A DNA stretch of 64,000 nucleotides, taken from NCBI GenBank assembly GCA_963696385.1, contig CAVOKF010000005.1, forward strand, positions 960,001-1,024,000. Reading direction: 5' to 3'. This DNA comes from an uncultured delta proteobacterium (GTDB taxonomy: Bacteria; Myxococcota_A; Polyangia; Polyangiales; Polyangiaceae). Positions 58,246 through 64,000 of this stretch are shown here, piece after piece (positions within the stretch are counted from its first letter, which is position 1; every line of letters starts with the position of its first letter). A program made the translations under genes and the position numbers. A model generated the notes under the pieces. It had not been told where the DNA came from and made no database searches. It was given only the letters and a program-made list of their open reading frames with translations.

Positions 58246-59808
58246 ATGGGCAGCGTAAGCGTCACCGCAAACACCGGCAACGGCGACCAAGGCCCTGAGC
58301 GCATGGGTCCGTACGCGATCTACGATGCGATCGGGAGCGGGGGAATGGCCACCGTCCATCTCGGCAAGTTGCGGAGCGCTTCGGGATTCACGCGAACGGT
58401 AGCCGTCAAACGAATGCACGCCGAGCTCGCGAGATCGCCCGAGTTCGTCGCCATGTTCTTCCAAGAGGCTCGCCTCGCGGGACGCATTCAGCACCCCAAC
58501 GTGGTCGCCGCACTGGACTGCCTCGCGGTCGACCATCAAGCCGCTCTGATCATGGAATACGTGCATGGTCTGTCGCTCAACCAGTTGATGCGCAAGCCCA
58601 TCGTCCTCCCACGCTCGATTGCGTCCGCAATCGTCGTCGGAGCCGCCCTCGGCCTGCACGCCGCGCACGAGGCGGTCGACGAGAACGGGATAAACCTCGG
58701 CATCGTTCATCGGGACGTTTCGCCCCACAACATACTCGTTGGTGTCGATGGGCTTGCCCGAGTGCTCGACTTTGGGGTCGCAAAGGCCGCCGAGCAGGCC
58801 CAACTCACCCGAACCGGAGAGGTCAAAGGCAAGATTGGCTACATGGCCCCCGAACAGCTCCTGGGCGAGAGGGTTGGCCGACAGGCAGACGTGTATTCGC
58901 TCGGTGTCGTCATGTGGGAGCTCTTGACCGGGCGCCGGATCTTCGCGAGCGATGCTCAAGCTCAGATGATGATGAAAATCGCCACGTCCCAGATCGATCG
59001 ACCTCGCAACGTCAATACGAGTCTTTCGTTGCAGATCGATGAGGTCGTGATGAAGGCCCTCGCTCGATCTCCCGAGTCCCGATTCCAAACGGCTCTGCAG
59101 TTCGCCGCGGCCATCGAGTCGTGCATCCCGCCGTCGGGTCAGCGCGCCCTGGGCGAATGGATTGCGGCCGCCGGAAAGGAGGAGCTCGCTCGGCGTTCGG
59201 AAACCCGGGCGCGAATCGACCGCAGTCCGGCGGCCCAGACCGAACGGGAATCCGAGGACAACGAGTTCACGTCGCGTTACCGGGACAAGGATTTCGCCAA
59301 GCACGGGGTCAGTCGGATCGCCATGATCCGGCGTCGGTCCCCTGCGAAACTTGTAGCCGTCGCGACCGCGCTACTCGGGGCCGCAGCCGTGGCGACGGTG
59401 GGGGGAGCCTACTGGTTGCGTTCCCATGCGGGGGCAGAACCGAACCAATTGCAGGCGAATGCCTTGCGGGCAACGCTTGCGTCCGAGGTGCGCCCCTTCC
59501 CGGTGGATCCTTCCGAAGGGCACCCGTCCGAGGCGCAGCGATCGGAAATGCCCCCTTCCGCACCGAATGCCGACTCGGTTGCGACGGCCGTATCGAGTGC
59601 CGTTCCAGGTTTGTCGACTCATCACGAGGAGGTCAGTGCGCTGCCGGCTCATAGCGATGCGCCCAGCGCCAAGGTCGTCGATCCAACGACGGCGGACGTT
59701 GTGGCATCGCGGGGTGTGGCGCGCGTGCCGACCCGCCCGCGCGCGCCGAAACCAAAGGGCTCGAGTTCGCTCCAATCGGAGTTGGGCGCCATCGGCGGGA
59801 GGGAGTGA
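58246..59808 (+). CDS. Ser/Thr protein kinase, membrane-anchored
   Basis: IGSGGMATV, VAVKR, HRDVSPHN, DFG, YMAPE, DVYSLG; TM and Pro-rich tail; start uncertain. Confidence 0.95.
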   Translation: MGSVSVTANTGNGDQGPERMGPYAIYDAIGSGGMATVHLGKLRSASGFTRTVAVKRMHAELARSPEFVAMFFQEARLAGRIQHPNVVAALDCLAVDHQAALIMEYVHGLSLNQLMRKPIVLPRSIASAIVVGAALGLHAAHEAVDENGINLGIVHRDVSPHNILVGVDGLARVLDFGVAKAAEQAQLTRTGEVKGKIGYMAPEQLLGERVGRQADVYSLGVVMWELLTGRRIFASDAQAQMMMKIATSQIDRPRNVNTSLSLQIDEVVMKALARSPESRFQTALQFAAAIESCIPPSGQRALGEWIAAAGKEELARRSETRARIDRSPAAQTERESEDNEFTSRYRDKDFAKHGVSRIAMIRRRSPAKLVAVATALLGAAAVATVGGAYWLRSHAGAEPNQLQANALRATLASEVRPFPVDPSEGHPSEAQRSEMPPSAPNADSVATAVSSAVPGLSTHHEEVSALPAHSDAPSAKVVDPTTADVVASRGVARVPTRPRAPKPKGSSSLQSELGAIGGRE

Positions 59809-59833
59809 CCTGTGAGCGGCGGGAGGCTCTGCG

Positions 59834-60895
59834 ATGGATCCAGTGAACGCGCGACAGCCGACGGAGACGGGAATGCATAAGGATCGGTTTCCCGTTGTCT
59901 TGGGTTGTTTCGTGGCCTTTTCGAGCGCCATGGTGACCTCCGAGCAGGCGCGCGCCGGTGACGCGGCGGCCGCCGAAACGCTGTTTCGGGAAGGGTCGCA
60001 ACTGCTCGAGGCCGGCCGCATCGACGAGGCGTGTCCCAAATTTGCGGCGAGCCAGAGGACCGATCCGGCCCTCGGCACGCTGTTTTACTTGGCGGTCTGC
60101 CACGAGAAGCAGGGCCTCACGGCGTCGGCGTGGGCCGAATTCTCCTCGGCGACCGATTGGGCGCAGCGGTCGAACCAGCCCGAGCGAGAGCTGTTCGGCC
60201 GCAAGCACCTCGCGGCACTCGAAGCGAAGTTGTCGACCGTCGTCATTCGTGCGTCGACGGTCTCCGGGATCCAATTGCAGGTGGACGACGGGCTAGTGAC
60301 CGGCGCCGCCCTCGGGACACCGCTCCCGCTCAATCCAGGCGAGCACACCATCGAGGCCCGCGCGCCCGGGTACGAACCTTGGCACACGCGCATCACCGTG
60401 GCCGCTGTGAGAAAGACGGTCACGATCACAGTTCCCGCATTGACCCCGACTTCGGCCCCGGCGGACCCGGCTCCCCCGAAGGTCTCCGCCTCTCTGGCCA
60501 CCGCCCCCGCAGAAGACGAGTCGCGGATTGCGGCCGGTCGGTCGGCTTCGCGTGCCCTGGCATGGACGTCGGCGGGTCTCGCGGGGGCAGCCATCGTTGC
60601 GGGATCGGTGTTCGGTGCGTTGGCGTTCGGCGCGCGCGACACGGCGCAGTCCGACTGCCCGAACAATCGGTGTGTGCCCGGTGGACTCGCCGAGATCGAT
60701 CGCGCACGCACGTACGCAACCGTGTCGACCGTCGGTTTCGGAGCCGGCATCGCGGCCGCCGCGGCAACGGCCTATTTTTGGATAAGGGGTCAGGCAGGAA
60801 CGATCCCCCGAACCTCCGGGAGCGGGCCGGTAACGGTCGTTCCCGGCGTGGGCGCGCACGAGGCCAGCTTGTCGCTTCTCGGGCGATTCGAATGA
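59834..60895 (+). CDS. TPR + PEGA domain protein
   Basis: AETLFREG..ACPKFAAS..DPALGTL..LA.CHEK.G..ASAW; PGEHTIEARAPGY; C-terminal GRF. Confidence 0.85.
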   Translation: MDPVNARQPTETGMHKDRFPVVLGCFVAFSSAMVTSEQARAGDAAAAETLFREGSQLLEAGRIDEACPKFAASQRTDPALGTLFYLAVCHEKQGLTASAWAEFSSATDWAQRSNQPERELFGRKHLAALEAKLSTVVIRASTVSGIQLQVDDGLVTGAALGTPLPLNPGEHTIEARAPGYEPWHTRITVAAVRKTVTITVPALTPTSAPADPAPPKVSASLATAPAEDESRIAAGRSASRALAWTSAGLAGAAIVAGSVFGALAFGARDTAQSDCPNNRCVPGGLAEIDRARTYATVSTVGFGAGIAAAAATAYFWIRGQAGTIPRTSGSGPVTVVPGVGAHEASLSLLGRFE

Positions 60896-62004
60896 CAGGG
60901 TGCGCGCCGGGAGCGCAGTCGGTCCGTACCGCGATGCGGGCGCTGATTACCGCCCCGGTTTGGGCACTGGGGGGATGCAACCTCGTGGCCAACCTCGGCG
61001 AATTCGACAACGCCGTCGCCGATACCGTCGAGGCGGCGCCGGATGGCGAATCGCTGATCGGACCGGTCGCGGAGGCGAGTGAGGCGGGCGCCCCGGGCGA
61101 TTCGATCGTGGGCAGCGAGGAGGGTGGCGAATCGACGGACGCCGGGGTGGACCCGCCGGATACGGCGCCCGAGCCCGCGGCTGACGTCACCGGCGGGGAC
61201 ACGGACGATGCCATGCATGATCTTGTGGACGCTGCACCCGTGGCCATGGACGTGGCGGACGCGACCGATGCCGCGTCGGGTGCTGCCGACGCCGCGTTGG
61301 GTGCCGCCGACGCGGGTAAGCCCGCAGACCCGTCCGACGGCGGCACGTGGTGCGCCACCCACGTCTCGTCCATCACGGTCGACTGTCACGACTTCGACGA
61401 AGGGCGATCGGCCTCTGCCGGATTCGCCAGCAACTACTTTTCGTCCGTCTTCGCGAACGTCACCATGGCTGCCTATGCCCCCGGATCGGCTCCGAGCGCG
61501 CTTCTGATCACGACCCCGCTGCTCGCTGCCGGCGCCAGCGCCGCGTTCGAGCAATTCAACGACACCGTGTCCTTCCACGACAAGATCGAACTGAGCTTTG
61601 CCCTGAAGATCGCGAACTACGACTCCGCGGCGCCGGACGTGAGCCTGTTTCGCGTGTCCTATGAGGACAACTCGTGGGCGGAGTCGCTCGACTTCCAGCA
61701 GGTCGCGGCCAACTTCATCGAGACGGCATCGCCGCCCGACGGCGGAACCGACCGCGGGATTCACACTGCGGCGCAGCCGTCCACGCTGACGGATTGGACC
61801 AACGTGGATGTCTTGTACGACTTCGCCGGCCACACGGTGACGCTTTCCTACAACGGTGTCGCCGTTGTCATCGACCAAGCCATCCAGAACCTGGCGCCAG
61901 GGACTCCGTCGATTTTCGTCCAGGTCGGCCTCAATTTTTTGCAGGCGCCGACGCAATCGATGATGATTTACTACGACAACATTCTACTCGAGACACCCCC
62001 GTAG
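60892..62004 (+). CDS. Putative lipoprotein with DA-rich linker and beta-sandwich C-terminal domain
   Basis: ATGA overlap; LGGC lipobox; WC..CHDFDEG..YYDNI. Confidence 0.7.
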   Translation: MTGCAPGAQSVRTAMRALITAPVWALGGCNLVANLGEFDNAVADTVEAAPDGESLIGPVAEASEAGAPGDSIVGSEEGGESTDAGVDPPDTAPEPAADVTGGDTDDAMHDLVDAAPVAMDVADATDAASGAADAALGAADAGKPADPSDGGTWCATHVSSITVDCHDFDEGRSASAGFASNYFSSVFANVTMAAYAPGSAPSALLITTPLLAAGASAAFEQFNDTVSFHDKIELSFALKIANYDSAAPDVSLFRVSYEDNSWAESLDFQQVAANFIETASPPDGGTDRGIHTAAQPSTLTDWTNVDVLYDFAGHTVTLSYNGVAVVIDQAIQNLAPGTPSIFVQVGLNFLQAPTQSMMIYYDNILLETPP

Positions 62005-62082
62005 CGGCATCCGCCTGGTGGCGTTTCGGACGGCTCGCCAAGGCACCGACGGCGTTGTTGCGAGCCACCCGGCGGGCCCTCC

Positions 62083-63039
62083 TCAGGGCAGCAGGTCGAC
62101 AAGGACGTTGTCGATGTGCACGCGGCAGCCCGCCGAGACGGCACTGAGGTCCTTGATCTGCGCGCCCACGTCGAGCATCGCCGTGGAATCCAGCATGCTC
62201 GCCGGGGGCGCGTCCATCAGTTTCACTTCGTTGAGGGCGACGGAGTTTCCGACCGAGACTGTGGCCGTCTGAGCGCTCAGGTCCAACGTGAGCGTCAGCA
62301 AGAACCAGTTGGGGTCGACGGGGAGCGAGCCGAACGGATGGCTTGTCCCAGCGTTGAGGCCGCCATCCGTCCCAGATGTGAATTCCACGAGGTTCGATGC
62401 CGTTGCGGTGGCGGTTACACCGACCGAGTAGGATCCCGGCGCAGCCGCATTGCTCAGCGCAAACGACAGCGCGACGAAAGCCACCCCGTCCGCGTTGAGG
62501 CATCCAAGGCCGAGAGAAAATTCCGTCTGCAATGTTACCTGCGACGGACTTGAAGACGACTTCGTCGACTTCATGGTGGCGACCAGAAGGGCGTCAGCGA
62601 AGTCGCCCGCTTTGGCGAGCGCCGGGGTCTCGGCGAGGGCCGACTCCGGTGCAGAAAAGAACAGGGTCGTATCCGCGACGACCTTGGGGCCGTTGCCCAC
62701 TGCCGCGCCGCTCATGGTCATCACCGTGAATTTGCCGGGCACGCCATCCTCATCGAAATCTTCGCAGAAGGTGTGGCCGCTGTTGGCCGCGCAAAAGGGC
62801 AGTGCTGCTTCGCCGTGGGCGTCGGCATCGGCCCCCCTATCGGCCGGCGAGTCCACGATCGACCCCGCGTCCACGACGGATGCGTCGCCGCCGGCTTCCG
62901 CAGCGGCGGTAAATGAACTGCCGACACAGCCGGCGGAGGCCGCTCCACCGCTCGCGAGACAAGCCACCAGTGCGGGCAAGACCACGATTTTTCGCGTCCG
63001 ATCTTCCCGCACTCCCCGCGCGTCGTCCGGTTGGGCCAT
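62083..63039 (-). CDS. Putative lipoprotein, paralog-like to 60892..62004
   Basis: SAGC lipobox; FC..FCEDFDE..S.P....P.L..IDNV. Confidence 0.7.
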   Translation of the reverse strand: MAQPDDARGVREDRTRKIVVLPALVACLASGGAASAGCVGSSFTAAAEAGGDASVVDAGSIVDSPADRGADADAHGEAALPFCAANSGHTFCEDFDEDGVPGKFTVMTMSGAAVGNGPKVVADTTLFFSAPESALAETPALAKAGDFADALLVATMKSTKSSSSPSQVTLQTEFSLGLGCLNADGVAFVALSFALSNAAAPGSYSVGVTATATASNLVEFTSGTDGGLNAGTSHPFGSLPVDPNWFLLTLTLDLSAQTATVSVGNSVALNEVKLMDAPPASMLDSTAMLDVGAQIKDLSAVSAGCRVHIDNVLVDLLP

Positions 63040-63048
63040 CGGCGACGG

Positions 63049-63480
63049 CTACTTTTGCTTATCGAAGATCTTCTTGCGAAGGGCTTCGGCGCGGTGCTGG
63101 CTATCCATGGCCTGCTGTTGAAGGGCTTCGGCCTGTTTCAATCGCTTTTCATTGGTCACTCTCGCCCGAATGTTGGTGGCTTCGACGAGGGCCTGGACCG
63201 CGATGACGACCGCGTTTGCGCTTTCTTCCATCGCCACGAAGCAGATGCGCTCGGTGGTCGCCGCGCCCGTCGAGTCATGCGCCGGCCGGATGTTCATTTC
63301 GGCCGGTGCCAGGGGGTTGGTCGAGCGCAGCTGTTCAAAGAGCTGCTTCCAATCGTCGGAAGGCTGCTCCTTGAAGGCCAGCGAAAAGTTGACCCGACCG
63401 TCGGGATCGACCCGGATGCTCTGCGGATCGTTGGGCCGCGGCTCCTCTAGAGCGATGTCCATTTCAATCGTAGGGATCAT
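63049..63480 (-). CDS. Hypothetical protein with C-terminal coiled coil
   Basis: Protein-like composition, PSDDWKQLF; 9 bp upstream of the next minus-strand gene; GAGGA RBS. Confidence 0.7.
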   Translation of the reverse strand: MIPTIEMDIALEEPRPNDPQSIRVDPDGRVNFSLAFKEQPSDDWKQLFEQLRSTNPLAPAEMNIRPAHDSTGAATTERICFVAMEESANAVVIAVQALVEATNIRARVTNEKRLKQAEALQQQAMDSQHRAEALRKKIFDKQK

Positions 63481-63621
63481 GAAACGTTTCCTCGTCGAGG
63501 GCCTGGCGCGATGTCTCGCGGCGACGGGTGCCGCCAGACGGATGAGTCAAGCATCGCCGGGAATCTCGGGCAAACTCAAGCCGCAGCGATCCGCGTGACC
63601 GGGGCTTAACCTGGGCAGCCT

Positions 63622-63708
63622 CCGACCGCGACCCCGACCGCGACAACCGCGACCGCAACCCCGACGACCCCGACCGCCGACAACCGCGACCGCGACGAAC
63701 CCGACCGC
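63622..63708. repeat. Low-complexity hexamer-like repeat (cgaccg/cgaccc/cgacaa)
   Basis: ccgaccgcgaccccgaccgcgacaaccgcgaccgcaaccccgacgaccccgacc... Confidence 0.7.
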
Positions 63709-63918
63709 TCACGTTTCCGCAAAGCCGTCGATCGGAGAACGACGTTCCGATCGAGGGTAGCGCCAAGAACTGAGTGCCGAGATCAGCCTTCGTCAGAACC
63801 TCGACGAATCCGTCTCCATCCCGCGATCCGGCGAGCGTTCAACGATCCAGCCGGGTCATCGTTTGGCCGTCATCAGGAGCCTCGCGCGTGAGGACGGCTT
63901 GCAGTAGGTACCTTCGTC

Positions 63919-64000
63919 GTGAACGCTCGCCCCGCTTGGATGTCGCTCTTGGCGTTGGCCGGCGCGTGCAGCTCGGCGCCTGCCACCGGGTCGCCGACGA
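63919..64000 (+). CDS. Putative lipoprotein N-terminus, 3'-truncated by window edge
   Basis: GTG-initiated MNARPAWMSLLALAGACSS with LAGAC lipobox. Confidence 0.45.
   Translation, partial: MNARPAWMSLLALAGACSSAPATGSPT

Overview
High-GC bacterial chromosomal window, most consistent with a Polyangiaceae/Sorangiineae-type myxobacterium. This is inferred from the Ser/Thr kinase-TPR/PEGA-lipoprotein operon, the DUF1592/DUF1552 pair, STAS/SEC14-like small proteins and Asp-Ala-Gly-rich lipoprotein linkers. About 57 CDS are supportable. I found no rRNA, tRNA, CRISPR array or intact transposase. Main modules in order: (1) amtB, a circularly permuted ATP-grasp, alpha-E, and a convergent class II GATase-transglutaminase fusion whose Cys nucleophile is replaced by Pro; (2) an outer-membrane barrel, 13-heme cytochrome and Ig/heme lipoprotein cluster resembling a porin-cytochrome conduit; (3) a partly AT-richer block with a Trp prenyltransferase, a Tat-exported cytokinin-dehydrogenase-like flavoprotein, a pocket-altered tryptophanase and a STAS/SEC14-like protein. 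This candidate prenyl-indole make/modify/sense system is my top pick. (4) A bufferin-like MNIO (DUF692) RiPP cluster with a lipoprotein precursor, an inserted gluzincin, an ECF/anti-sigma pair and a shared G(A/T)AAC-N16-CGTA promoter motif; (5) a frameshifted thioredoxin-like/APS reductase fusion divergent from a CADD-like gene; (6) GSIII, an archaeal-type TrmY and a SET-domain protein. An interspersed palindromic REP-like family occurs at three loci, and GTAC-ended miniature inverted repeats flank the prenyltransferase. All product calls come from motif recognition by eye; no database search was run.
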